A stretch of 64,000 bases of DNA from an uncultured Candidatus Saccharimonadales bacterium (GTDB lineage: Bacteria; Patescibacteriota; Saccharimonadia; UBA4664). The stretch spans positions 85 to 64,084 of the forward strand of contig CAYXSN010000009.1 in NCBI GenBank assembly GCA_964467655.1, given 5' to 3'. Made by a program: the position numbers and the translations under genes. This document shows positions 8,758 to 17,888 of the stretch, piece by piece (within the stretch, counting starts at the first letter, position 1; every line of letters begins with the position of its first letter). The notes under the pieces are model-generated. The model did no database searches. It was not told where the DNA came from and saw only the letters and a program-made list of their open reading frames with translations.

Positions 8758-9832
8758 GCCGCTGCGGCACCGCTCATTTGGACTCGATGTAGTGCGGGCT
8801 ATTGCCATCGTTTTTGTACTCATTACCCATACAGCCGTTTTTTGGCCTCTTTCGACTACCGGCCCCGACCCTGTCAAATACGGCATTTTGCCGGTCTTCG
8901 GCTTGATCGGCGTAGAGCTATTCTTCGGCTTGAGCGGCTACCTTATCGGTCAAATCCTGCTCAAACATCACGTCTCACTCAGACGGTTCTATTTGCACCG
9001 CCTCACGAAAATCCTCCCGCCATATTACCTGGTAGTGGCAGGTATCGCGCTCGTCACCGCTGCCCCCTGGCCGGTAGTCTCGGCGCATCTGTTTCTCATC
9101 CAAAACTTTGACCCAAACCTGGCGACGTTTTTCCCGGTGTCCTGGTCGCTAAGTATCGAATTTTGGTTTTATGCTGTGGTGCCACTCATATTTTGGCGCG
9201 CCCATCATAGCAGGATTATCGTCCGCCGCCTCATAGCTTTAATTGCACTCATGCTCATCGCCAGGCTGATCCAAGGATGGTATCTGCAGCCTGATTGGGA
9301 GTTTGGTATCCACCGGGCAGTGCCCCTCAGGATGGACGCCCTGCTATTTGGAGTACTGGCGGCCGTCATTGACTCCCGTTACCGGTCCGTTATGTCCTTC
9401 ATCTGTCGGCCCGTGGTCGCCTGGCTCAATGTCGGCATAGTAGTCACTATCAGCGCGTGGTTTGGGCAAATGTTTTTCAAATATGATTTTTTTGAGGCGG
9501 CCCATAGTGCCAAAGCCATCATCTTCACACTCACCGGCCTGACGGTTATGCAGCTCATACTGGCTGCCAAACATCATCTGAAGGTGGCGGCCCGCTATTA
9601 CTTAGTCAAAAATGTTATCAGCTGGCTCAGTCAGATATCATACAGTCTGTACCTGATCCACTCGTTTATTTTTAGTTACCTGGCCGCCACCGGCCTGCCT
9701 CCGGTCCAGGGCTTAATCATATCGCTAAGCGCCTCGTTGGCGGGCGCCAGCCTCGTGTACTACGGCTTTGAGATCAGTCTCGTGCTGAGGGTCCGGCGCT
9801 GGGTTGAGCGGCGCTGGCTGGCCGGTACATAA
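8732..9832 (+). CDS. acyltransferase family 3 (OafA-like membrane O-acyltransferase)
   Basis: Polytopic protein with the family N-terminal motif ...VRAIAIVFVLITHT... and about 10 TM helices. Confidence 0.75.
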   Translation: MLRPPLTAEPLRHRSFGLDVVRAIAIVFVLITHTAVFWPLSTTGPDPVKYGILPVFGLIGVELFFGLSGYLIGQILLKHHVSLRRFYLHRLTKILPPYYLVVAGIALVTAAPWPVVSAHLFLIQNFDPNLATFFPVSWSLSIEFWFYAVVPLIFWRAHHSRIIVRRLIALIALMLIARLIQGWYLQPDWEFGIHRAVPLRMDALLFGVLAAVIDSRYRSVMSFICRPVVAWLNVGIVVTISAWFGQMFFKYDFFEAAHSAKAIIFTLTGLTVMQLILAAKHHLKVAARYYLVKNVISWLSQISYSLYLIHSFIFSYLAATGLPPVQGLIISLSASLAGASLVYYGFEISLVLRVRRWVERRWLAGT

Positions 9833-10244
9833 GCTTGCGGCCGGCAAAGTTCCAGCCAAACACCAGTATCGTGGCCACGCCCTTTGACGCCAGGTAGTAC
9901 CAGCCAAGCCCCCCGGTAAACAGCCATAGCAGCAAATCATTGAAGCCCAAACCAACCACGCCAATCACGGCGTAAAGGCCAAAATCATGCCAGCGGCTGG
10001 CAAATCTAGAAGTCTTAAAGATCCACAGGGTACTCAATACATAATTAACCACCAGCGCTGCTGCAAACGAGACTGTGGCCGCCTCCAGGTAATGCCAGCC
10101 AGCTACTTCCTTGAGGAGCACTAAGCCACCGACATCAACTACCAAACCAGCACCCGCCACAATGATGTAACGAAAAAGTTGGACCCACGTACTGTGGGCT
10201 TCGTGCCGAAACATGACCAGCCAGCTCGCTCGAATGAAATGCAT
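9774..10244 (-). CDS. gtrA: GtrA-family protein (polyprenol-sugar flippase component)
   Basis: About 140 aa with four TM helices. Sequence pattern FRYIIVAGAGLVVDVGGLVLL...VNYVLSTLWIF...GWNF is typical of the GtrA family. Confidence 0.75.
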   Translation of the reverse strand: MHFIRASWLVMFRHEAHSTWVQLFRYIIVAGAGLVVDVGGLVLLKEVAGWHYLEAATVSFAAALVVNYVLSTLWIFKTSRFASRWHDFGLYAVIGVVGLGFNDLLLWLFTGGLGWYYLASKGVATILVFGWNFAGRKLMYRPASAAQPSAGPSARD

Positions 10245-10288
10245 AAGGTAGCCTCATTCTAGCATGGGCTGCTATGATGGTAGGTGTT

Positions 10289-11494
10289 ATGGCACGCCGC
10301 ATCCTATCTGAATTCCGGACCAAAACCCTGCTGACGGCTGCCCTTAGCCAAACCTATGAAGGCGTCCCAGTCGACGGAGAGTCTAAGTGGCAACCAGCGC
10401 TGGCAGCGGTCCTCAAACAGTCGAGTGCCAACAGTTTTGTCGTCAAAGTCGACCAAGGAGTGAAAGGCCGGTTCAAGCAAGGACTGGTCAGGCTCGACGT
10501 GGCACCCGCCAAAGTGGCTACTGCTGTCCAGCAATTGCTCAGCCAAAATTACCAGTTTATGTTGGTCGAACCCTACCTGCTTCATGACGCCTCAACCGAA
10601 AAATACTTGTGTCTGACAAGGGTCCGAGAGGGCATTAAACTGCTCACCCATACTCGCGGCGGCGTCGACCTCAACGCAGCCCAGGACCGTCCGGTCGAGA
10701 GGATCGCCAGCCCCGCTACCATCAAAGCAGCCGCTAAGGAAATCGGCCTCAAACCCGCCGCGCTGACGTCTCTCATCAAATGCTTCGACGACAACTACTT
10801 TGGCTTCCTCGAAATCAACCCGCTGGTCATCAGCCCAGGTGGCCAGCCCAAACTGCTGGACGCCGCCGCCGAGGTGGATGCTGAGGCTGCTTCCATTGTG
10901 GAGGGCCGCTGGGGTCAAGCCGACCTGCGCGAGGGAAACCGCCGCATCACACCCGAAGAAGCCGTCGTACTCGACCTGGCGCACCGCAGCCAGTCGTCAT
11001 TTAGGCTCGAAGTGATCAACCAGGATGGTCAGGTCTTCGTGCTGCTTTCCGGCGGCGGCGCCAGTGTCACGCTAGCCGACGAAGTCAATAACCAGGGTTT
11101 CGGCCGTCAACTCGGTAACTACGGCGAGTACTCGGGCAACCCAACTACCGACGAAACCTATGTGTATACCAATCAAATAATCTCGCTCCTACTCAAATCA
11201 AAAGCCCGCTCCAAAGTGCTCATAATCGCCGGTGGCGTGGCCAACTTTACTGATGTCAGAGCCACATTTGCAGGCGTCATCAAGGCCCTAGACGTCGCCG
11301 CCAGTCAACTCAAACAACAGGGGGTCCGCATATACGTCCGCCGGGGCGGCCCATACCAGGCTGAAGGCTTAGCCACCATGAAAGAATTCCTTAAGGCCAA
11401 GGGGCTACTGGGCGAAGTGGCCGGCCCTGAGATGCTACTGTCGGACATTGTTACCAAGGCGCTGGCGGCACTCAAAACGGGGGAACATTCATGA
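10289..11494 (+). CDS. ATP-grasp subunit of an ATP-citrate-lyase / citryl-CoA-synthetase-like enzyme (AclB/SucC-like)
   Basis: About 400 aa ATP-grasp protein encoded immediately before, and overlapping by 4 nt, the AclA-like gene. Start moved to ATG 10289, which has a GGTG ribosome-binding site. Confidence 0.6.
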   Translation: MARRILSEFRTKTLLTAALSQTYEGVPVDGESKWQPALAAVLKQSSANSFVVKVDQGVKGRFKQGLVRLDVAPAKVATAVQQLLSQNYQFMLVEPYLLHDASTEKYLCLTRVREGIKLLTHTRGGVDLNAAQDRPVERIASPATIKAAAKEIGLKPAALTSLIKCFDDNYFGFLEINPLVISPGGQPKLLDAAAEVDAEAASIVEGRWGQADLREGNRRITPEEAVVLDLAHRSQSSFRLEVINQDGQVFVLLSGGGASVTLADEVNNQGFGRQLGNYGEYSGNPTTDETYVYTNQIISLLLKSKARSKVLIIAGGVANFTDVRATFAGVIKALDVAASQLKQQGVRIYVRRGGPYQAEGLATMKEFLKAKGLLGEVAGPEMLLSDIVTKALAALKTGEHS

Positions 11495-13299
11495 ACACAT
11501 CCGCCACCATTGATATCAAAAGCTTACGCCAAACCGAGCCGGTTATCGTAGCCATCGGCAATCACCAGGGCATCATCCAATCGATGCTCGATTATGACTA
11601 TCTGCTCGGTCGCACCAGCCCCACCATAAAGGCCATTGTGGCCGGCGGCCGGCGAACCGCCCGGTTTTTCTTTGGGCACCAGGAGGTTGTGCTACCTTTG
11701 TACCCAATCATGACAGCGCTACCCAAGGCGCTGCGCCAGCGAGCAAACTTAGTGCTCAACGTAGGCTCAGGCCGGCGGGTGATTGAGTCAACCTCGGCGG
11801 CCATCGCCGCCTTGCCCCAGCTCTCGGGTGTGACGGTTTTTGGCGAGGGAGTGCCTGAGCGTCATGCGCTCAAGCTCACCGAACTGGCGGCCAAAAAGGG
11901 GATATGGGTGCTGGGCGCGGCTAGTGTTGGCTTGGTTATACCCGGTACCTTCAAGTTGGGCGCCATCGGTGGCACCCAGGCGAGTCAACTGGTGGCTTCG
12001 CGCCTGGTTGAAGCCGGGCCGGTGGCCGTGTTGTCAACATCTGGTGGCATGATCAACGAACTCATCAGGCTGGTAGCCACCACCGGGCATACGGTGTCGT
12101 GGGCCGCGGCCATCGGCGGCGAAAGGTTCCCCATGCTGCCGCCCAAAACGGCCCTCCTTGCCGCCCAGGCCGACCCTGCCACTCAGGCAATCGTCTTCTT
12201 CGGCGAACTCGGTGGCCGCGACGAATATGATTTGGCCGAACTTATCACCAGCGGTCAGCTCACCAAACCAGTCGTAGCTTACATTGCCGGCTCGGTCGCC
12301 GAGCTGTTTGACGCGCCGCCCCAATTCGGCCACGCCAAAGCCATTGCCAAAACCCATGATGAATCAGCCAAAGCCAAAGCTGCCGCACTCATGGCAGCTG
12401 GGGTCAAGGTAGGGGAAACCTATGCCAAGTTTGCGGAGTTTGTCCAAAAACTACCAAACATAACCGAACAGCCAAAAAGTCAAATCAAGGACACAGCGCT
12501 GGCCGGCCGCCACCCCGCGCTCATTGCATCCACGGTCTCCCGTGACCGGGCGGGGCAAGTGGACATCCTGGGCACTCCCCAGCTTGACCTGGCCACAAGC
12601 CGCTCATTTGCGGCCATTGTGGCCGCCATGCTCTTGGGTCGGCCATCTGTATCACCGCAGCTTGAGGCCTTTGTCGACCTCACCCTCAAACTGCTCGTTG
12701 ACAACGGTCCGTATGTCTCGGGCGCCGTCAACACCATTACGGCCGCCCGGGCCGGCAAAGACCTCGTGTCTGCCCTGGCCGCCGGCCTCCTCACCATTGG
12801 TCCCCGTTTCGGTGGTGCCATCAACCAGGCGGCGGCCACCTGGCTCGCCGGCGTGGTCGAAAACACCACACCCGCCCAACTTGTGGAAAAGTCAGCCGCT
12901 GCCAAGCGCAAACTGGCCGGCATCGGCCACCGTAAATACCGCATCGATATGCCCGACCCGCGCGTAGAACCCATTATCAGCCATGCGCTTGCCTTGCCGT
13001 CCCATCCATACACCGACTACGCCCTGGCCGTGCAAGATCTCACCTCAGGCAAAAAAGGCAACCTCATCCTCAACGTCGACGGCGCCATGGCGGCCGTACT
13101 GCTCGACCTCCTATCCACGGCCGAAAATTATTCTGCCCAAGACCTCAAAGACCTCGTGGACACCGAGTTCTTTAATTCCCTCTTCGTGCTCTCCCGCTCC
13201 GTCGGCTTCATGGCTCACTATTTCGACCAGCGCCGCTTAGACGAAGGCCTCTTGCGCCTCTCCCCTGCCGACGTCGCCGAGCTCGATTTGCTAGGCTAG
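11491..13299 (+). CDS. ATP-citrate-lyase alpha-like subunit (CoA-binding/SucD-like N-terminal part fused to a citrate-synthase-like lyase domain)
   Basis: 602 aa. N-terminal CoA-ligase/SucD-like region. C-terminal GIGHRKYRIDMPDPRVE matches the citrate-synthase G-GH-R-Y...DPR signature. Confidence 0.7.
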   Translation: MNTSATIDIKSLRQTEPVIVAIGNHQGIIQSMLDYDYLLGRTSPTIKAIVAGGRRTARFFFGHQEVVLPLYPIMTALPKALRQRANLVLNVGSGRRVIESTSAAIAALPQLSGVTVFGEGVPERHALKLTELAAKKGIWVLGAASVGLVIPGTFKLGAIGGTQASQLVASRLVEAGPVAVLSTSGGMINELIRLVATTGHTVSWAAAIGGERFPMLPPKTALLAAQADPATQAIVFFGELGGRDEYDLAELITSGQLTKPVVAYIAGSVAELFDAPPQFGHAKAIAKTHDESAKAKAAALMAAGVKVGETYAKFAEFVQKLPNITEQPKSQIKDTALAGRHPALIASTVSRDRAGQVDILGTPQLDLATSRSFAAIVAAMLLGRPSVSPQLEAFVDLTLKLLVDNGPYVSGAVNTITAARAGKDLVSALAAGLLTIGPRFGGAINQAAATWLAGVVENTTPAQLVEKSAAAKRKLAGIGHRKYRIDMPDPRVEPIISHALALPSHPYTDYALAVQDLTSGKKGNLILNVDGAMAAVLLDLLSTAENYSAQDLKDLVDTEFFNSLFVLSRSVGFMAHYFDQRRLDEGLLRLSPADVAELDLLG

Positions 13300-13520
13300 T
13301 GGTTACCAAGGGGCTAGATGGCCTCATCGACGGTCTGGCTATGACTGATAAAACCGGTAATGGCGCTCGCTGGCCTGGCCCTGATGGGCTCTGGGCTTTG
13401 GCGAATCCTCCGCAGCCCGATTACGTGGCTCGTGGGCCTGCTCTGGCCACCGTGCCTGCCCGGTTTCATGTAAAAACAGTTATAATAAGGTTGCGCTACA
13501 AAATAGGATAATTCTCAATC

Positions 13521-14720
13521 ATGACCCGAATTAGCCCGGTGGAAATCCGGCGACCATATCTTGTTATTCCCAAACTCATCAAACAACCGACCTGGGGTGG
13601 CCAATATATCGTCGCCGCCAAGGGCTGGCAGGAACACGGTGACTTGGGCCAGCTAAAAATCGGCCAGTCGTATGAGTTATTTTCGGGTAGCAATGTATCG
13701 CTTCTCGAGGACAGTGACGACAAATTATTCACGGGCGAACTCACCGACAACACAGCTGTTGCCTTGCCGACATCTGCTCCCCACTCCAGACCTTTAGCTG
13801 GGCTCATCGAGGCCGACGCCGCAGCAGTACTTGGCAGTAAGCGAAGCCAAGAGCACGCCGGCAAACTTGATTTACTGCTCAAATTTACCCAAGCCCTCGG
13901 CAATTCATTCCAAGCCCACATCAAAGCCGACCTTAAGCACCCGAAATGGCTGCCAAAACCAGAGTCCTGGTATTATTTTGAGCCTGGATTGATCACGCTA
14001 GGAGTCAAACCGGGCATCGATTGGCAGGCTTATGAGGCCTGCGTCCGCAACATCGCAGCCCGCATGACTGAGCTAGGCACTCAAGTGAAAGGCGGCACAC
14101 TATCATATGAAGCAGCCCAGGACCAGATTTCCCAGCTGCTCAAAAACCAGGATCCTTGGCAGTACGTCAATCTGGTACCAACCCAATCTGATGACTTGGT
14201 TGATTTGTCATCAGGCGCCCTGCATCACTCATGGGAGGAAGATCCTATCCAGGCACCAATGGGTAATGTACTGTACGAGCTGCAATCCGAGGCTCTTGAT
14301 GCCGTTTCAACCTTCCGCAATTTTGATAAAGGCAAGATGTCTACAGACGGCTCCATCAGGCCGATTCAAATAGACGAGTACTACCAATTCATTAACCGTA
14401 CGCCTGAGCTCAATGACCCCAAATCGCATTTTCAATCTCCGCGCACCCTTACTCACAACAATGAGTTTAGGTTCGACAGGCTGCTATCGACTCGCTTTTA
14501 TAGTCTCGATAAACTGACGCTCACTCAACAAGGAGCTGCGTTCCGTGACGATATTAACAGCTTCAGGCACATCTTCGTCAAATCCGGCCGCGCTCATGTC
14601 ACTGCCGGCGGCTGCTCGGTGGCGGTATCGGCTGGCCATTCAGCCTTTGTGCCGGCCGCCAGCGGAGTGTATGAGGTGTCGGCATTAGCTGCCAGCACCC
14701 AAGTCCTGATCAGCTACTGA
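13521..14720 (+). CDS. type I phosphomannose isomerase-like cupin protein
   Basis: N-terminal KLIKQPTWGGQ resembles the Bacillus Pmi motif PVFKEKIWGG. About 400 aa. Located directly upstream of manC. Confidence 0.5.
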   Translation: MTRISPVEIRRPYLVIPKLIKQPTWGGQYIVAAKGWQEHGDLGQLKIGQSYELFSGSNVSLLEDSDDKLFTGELTDNTAVALPTSAPHSRPLAGLIEADAAAVLGSKRSQEHAGKLDLLLKFTQALGNSFQAHIKADLKHPKWLPKPESWYYFEPGLITLGVKPGIDWQAYEACVRNIAARMTELGTQVKGGTLSYEAAQDQISQLLKNQDPWQYVNLVPTQSDDLVDLSSGALHHSWEEDPIQAPMGNVLYELQSEALDAVSTFRNFDKGKMSTDGSIRPIQIDEYYQFINRTPELNDPKSHFQSPRTLTHNNEFRFDRLLSTRFYSLDKLTLTQQGAAFRDDINSFRHIFVKSGRAHVTAGGCSVAVSAGHSAFVPAASGVYEVSALAASTQVLISY

Positions 14721-14742
14721 AAAATAAGGTATAATTGCTCCC

Positions 14743-15780
14743 ATGATTATCGTGATTATCGCCGGTGGGTCGGGTACACGCCTGTGGCCACTTTCTGTCG
14801 GCAACTACCCCAAGCATCTTCTCAAGCTCACAGGCGAGCGTTCCGGAGCCCAGGTGGCTTTTGACAGGGCCAAAATGCTTTCAGACAAGATATACGTGGT
14901 TACCGAGAAGTCCCACGCTCACCACATGAAAGAACAACTGCCCGAGATTCCCGACGAACGCTTCATCATCGAGCCCGGCCGCCGCGGTACCGCCAGCTGT
15001 TTTGTGACAGCGCTGGAGCACATCTCCCGCGACCAGGACACCTCAGAACCGGTTGCCTTCACCTGGGCTGACCATTTCATCCGTGACGTCGAGGGGTTTG
15101 CCCGGGCTTTCCAAGTTGCTGGTGAGCAATCCCAAAAACACAGCCGCCTCACCCTCGTCGGCGTCGAACCCACTCACCCCTCGACCCTCTTTGGCTACAT
15201 CGAAAAAGGCGATATCGTCGATGAAGAAGCCTTCACCTTTGCCGTCCAGCAATTCAAAGAAAAGCCCGAAGCCCCACTCGCCAAGCAGTTTTATGAATCA
15301 GGCAAATACCTCTGGAACAGTGGCTATATGGTGGGCTCAGTCGATGTCTTCCTGGACGCCATGACCAAGCATTCGCCCGAGCGACTGGCCGACTTCAGGC
15401 GCCTGGCCGAGCTCAAAGACGACCAGGAGGCCTACGATGCCGCCTATCTGGAATGCCAAAACGACGCCATCGACTACGCCCTCAGTGAAAAGATGAACAA
15501 CCTCATGGTCATTCCGGCCACCTTCGATTGGCGCGATATCGGTTCGTTTAGTGACCTCTATGAAGTGGGGCCCACCGACGATGCCGGTAATGTGGTATCC
15601 GGTGACAACCTGCATCTCATCGAAACCGAGAATTCATTTGTGCGCAACGACGAAGCCAAGCCCGTCGCCGTTATCGGCCTCGATAACGTAGTGGTAGTAA
15701 ATACCGAGCACGGCATTCTGGTAGCCCGCAAAGACATCAGTCAAAAAGTCAAAGACGTCGTCAAAAAACTATCAGACTAA
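14743..15780 (+). CDS. manC: mannose-1-phosphate guanylyltransferase
   Basis: N-terminal IIAGGSGTRLWPLS nucleotidyltransferase motif. Confidence 0.8.
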   Translation: MIIVIIAGGSGTRLWPLSVGNYPKHLLKLTGERSGAQVAFDRAKMLSDKIYVVTEKSHAHHMKEQLPEIPDERFIIEPGRRGTASCFVTALEHISRDQDTSEPVAFTWADHFIRDVEGFARAFQVAGEQSQKHSRLTLVGVEPTHPSTLFGYIEKGDIVDEEAFTFAVQQFKEKPEAPLAKQFYESGKYLWNSGYMVGSVDVFLDAMTKHSPERLADFRRLAELKDDQEAYDAAYLECQNDAIDYALSEKMNNLMVIPATFDWRDIGSFSDLYEVGPTDDAGNVVSGDNLHLIETENSFVRNDEAKPVAVIGLDNVVVVNTEHGILVARKDISQKVKDVVKKLSD

Positions 15781-15905
15781 CAGTAAACCGCATCTGGTTG
15801 TCAGATATCTCAAAGATGAGCTAAGCTGAGAGGCATCTTACATTCAGTAAGATTGCGATAGCTCGGCATACAGAGCTAGTTCTTCAGACAGTTGGAGTTG
15901 ATGGT

Positions 15906-16775
15906 ATGGTGCCGCACTGGATGGTTCTGACGGCCATCATGTTTGTGTCGTCGGTGATACTCTATATCAGCATTCAGAAAGCCACAAAGCAGGGACTGTC
16001 ACTGGCCCTCAAGAACCTCACGATCTTTGCATCGCCATTGGTGGCCTTCTTGGTCGTCGCAGTTGTCGCAGACGTTTCGCTACGGGTGACCTGGAGTCAG
16101 CTGTGTCTGCTCGTTCCAACTGGCGTGATCGTCTACGCCAACAACCTGGCCACACTCAAGAGTCTGGAGCGGACTCCCAACCCTGGGTATAGCCTGTCGA
16201 TCGCCAAAAGCTTCGTCGTCATCACGACCATCGCTGCGGTGCCACTGTTTGGCGCCCAACTCACTGCAGGGGCAATCATCAGCATCTTGTTGATCATCGG
16301 CTTTATGATGATGGTTAGCATCGACCCGTCAGCCACCAAACACCAGAACACAGGCAGGTCTTGGGCGGTGTTCGCACTCATCGCCATGGTTCTAACGGCC
16401 GGCATTACCCTCATGGCCAAACATCTCTCGAGCCAAGGGGTGCCCACGATCGCTATCCTGGTGTACTACTTTGGCGTAGGAAGTGTGTGTACGGCCATCG
16501 AACTGGCATACAAGCATATCCGCCTCGGCCACCTCAGGCCGCATCTCAAGTACCTGGTGCTGATCGGTGCCGCCAACGTATCGTTCAACTACTTCAACTA
16601 CGCGGCACTCGTGGCTGCTCCAAACGTCGGTTATGTCAATGCCACCAACACGGCTTCTATTGGCGCCATCACCTTGGCTTCAGCTTGGTTGCTTGGCGAC
16701 AAACTGACGGCCCGCAAATCGGTAGGTGTCGCTGGTGTCATCGGTAGTCTCTGGCTGTTGCTGGTGGCAACGTGA
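15906..16775 (+). CDS. EamA/DMT-superfamily membrane transporter-like protein
   Basis: About 10 TM helices across 289 aa, in two halves. Confidence 0.5.
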   Translation: MVPHWMVLTAIMFVSSVILYISIQKATKQGLSLALKNLTIFASPLVAFLVVAVVADVSLRVTWSQLCLLVPTGVIVYANNLATLKSLERTPNPGYSLSIAKSFVVITTIAAVPLFGAQLTAGAIISILLIIGFMMMVSIDPSATKHQNTGRSWAVFALIAMVLTAGITLMAKHLSSQGVPTIAILVYYFGVGSVCTAIELAYKHIRLGHLRPHLKYLVLIGAANVSFNYFNYAALVAAPNVGYVNATNTASIGAITLASAWLLGDKLTARKSVGVAGVIGSLWLLLVAT

Positions 16776-16812
16776 TCAAGCCGAATCTCATCTGGATGTA
16801 AAGGTGTAGGCA

Positions 16813-17784
16813 ATGGAATATCACGTTTTAATCCCAAGGTCACGATACTACTGCCCGACATCATTGCACCACAGGCATGGTTCAGCTGCTGTCGGTCATC
16901 GCCAGGATGACGTCGTTGTGGCTACAGCTGGAGGGGTAACAACCTACGCTGTGGTCGACGCCGCGCGCATCTTGTACGGCCCCGGCGAATACTGCCAGCA
17001 TCCGCAAACTGCTCAAGCCCGTGGCTTGCCCGTGGATTCTTGGTTTGACGGCAGCGCCATCGCCGCCCATGTGACCACAACAGTCATCGCCAATGATCCA
17101 ACACTAGCTGGACTCGACTTGATCAAGGCGACCGGCATAGCCCTGGCTGATGCCGGTCGCAGTTTGGGCATCAGGCCCGACGAAAGCCGACGCAGCAGCC
17201 TGCTCAGCACCTGCCTAGCAGCTATTCGGGTAGATGAGCAAACTCTCACCTACACAGCTGTTGGTGACTCCCGCGTGGCGCTTGATGGCCAAATCATTGG
17301 CTATAAGTTCCCTCTGGAGGCAGCCTATGCCTACCTGTTCAATGAACTCAGTAGGCTCATGTCATGCGAGCGGCAGGATGTCTATGAACTCCTCATGCCC
17401 ATTCTCAGGCAGCTAGGTCGTGACAAATTCCAAAATTTACCCCCAGGTCCTTCGAGGACTTCCTGGGAGCAAATTTTGGAGGTCATCACCGCCATAGTGC
17501 CTGCCACCACCGGGCTCTCAAAACTGCACACCGAGAGGATCGTTGACCACCTCCGCCGGCAATACACAACTGACATGGCCTACGGAGTCATTGATGCCCT
17601 GGCAGATACTCCATCGGAGCTCGTACTGACCGCTACCATCAAACGTCTTCCTCCTGGCAGTCGGGTGGTCATCTATACTGATGGTTTCAGGCCCACAAAT
17701 GGGGAAGTACCCGAGAGTCTCACTGATCTCGAGCTCGTCAACCCACGCTACTGCGAGGCCACAGCCATAGCCGTTACGCTGTAA
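16813..17784 (+). CDS. hypothetical protein, divergent PP2C-like (PPM phosphatase) domain
   Basis: TAVGDSRVAL resembles the PP2C motif VANvGDSRa. VVIYTDGF resembles the DG(L/V)wD motif. Other motifs are weak. Confidence 0.35.
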   Translation: MEYHVLIPRSRYYCPTSLHHRHGSAAVGHRQDDVVVATAGGVTTYAVVDAARILYGPGEYCQHPQTAQARGLPVDSWFDGSAIAAHVTTTVIANDPTLAGLDLIKATGIALADAGRSLGIRPDESRRSSLLSTCLAAIRVDEQTLTYTAVGDSRVALDGQIIGYKFPLEAAYAYLFNELSRLMSCERQDVYELLMPILRQLGRDKFQNLPPGPSRTSWEQILEVITAIVPATTGLSKLHTERIVDHLRRQYTTDMAYGVIDALADTPSELVLTATIKRLPPGSRVVIYTDGFRPTNGEVPESLTDLELVNPRYCEATAIAVTL

Positions 17785-17888
17785 ATCGCCCGCCGGCCCG
17801 CTCTGTCCTCAAGTTTTTGGGATACGAGCGGGCCGGTTCGCCATTTGTTTGGCCGTACCACTCAAGTTTGTGGCATAATAGACTAACT

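Noticed and set aside
13299-13511. 70-aa ORF between aclA-like and the phosphomannose isomerase gene
   Set aside because: It has a Gly/Pro/Ala-rich, shadow-like composition. The region more plausibly carries the TTATAAT promoter of the downstream gene.
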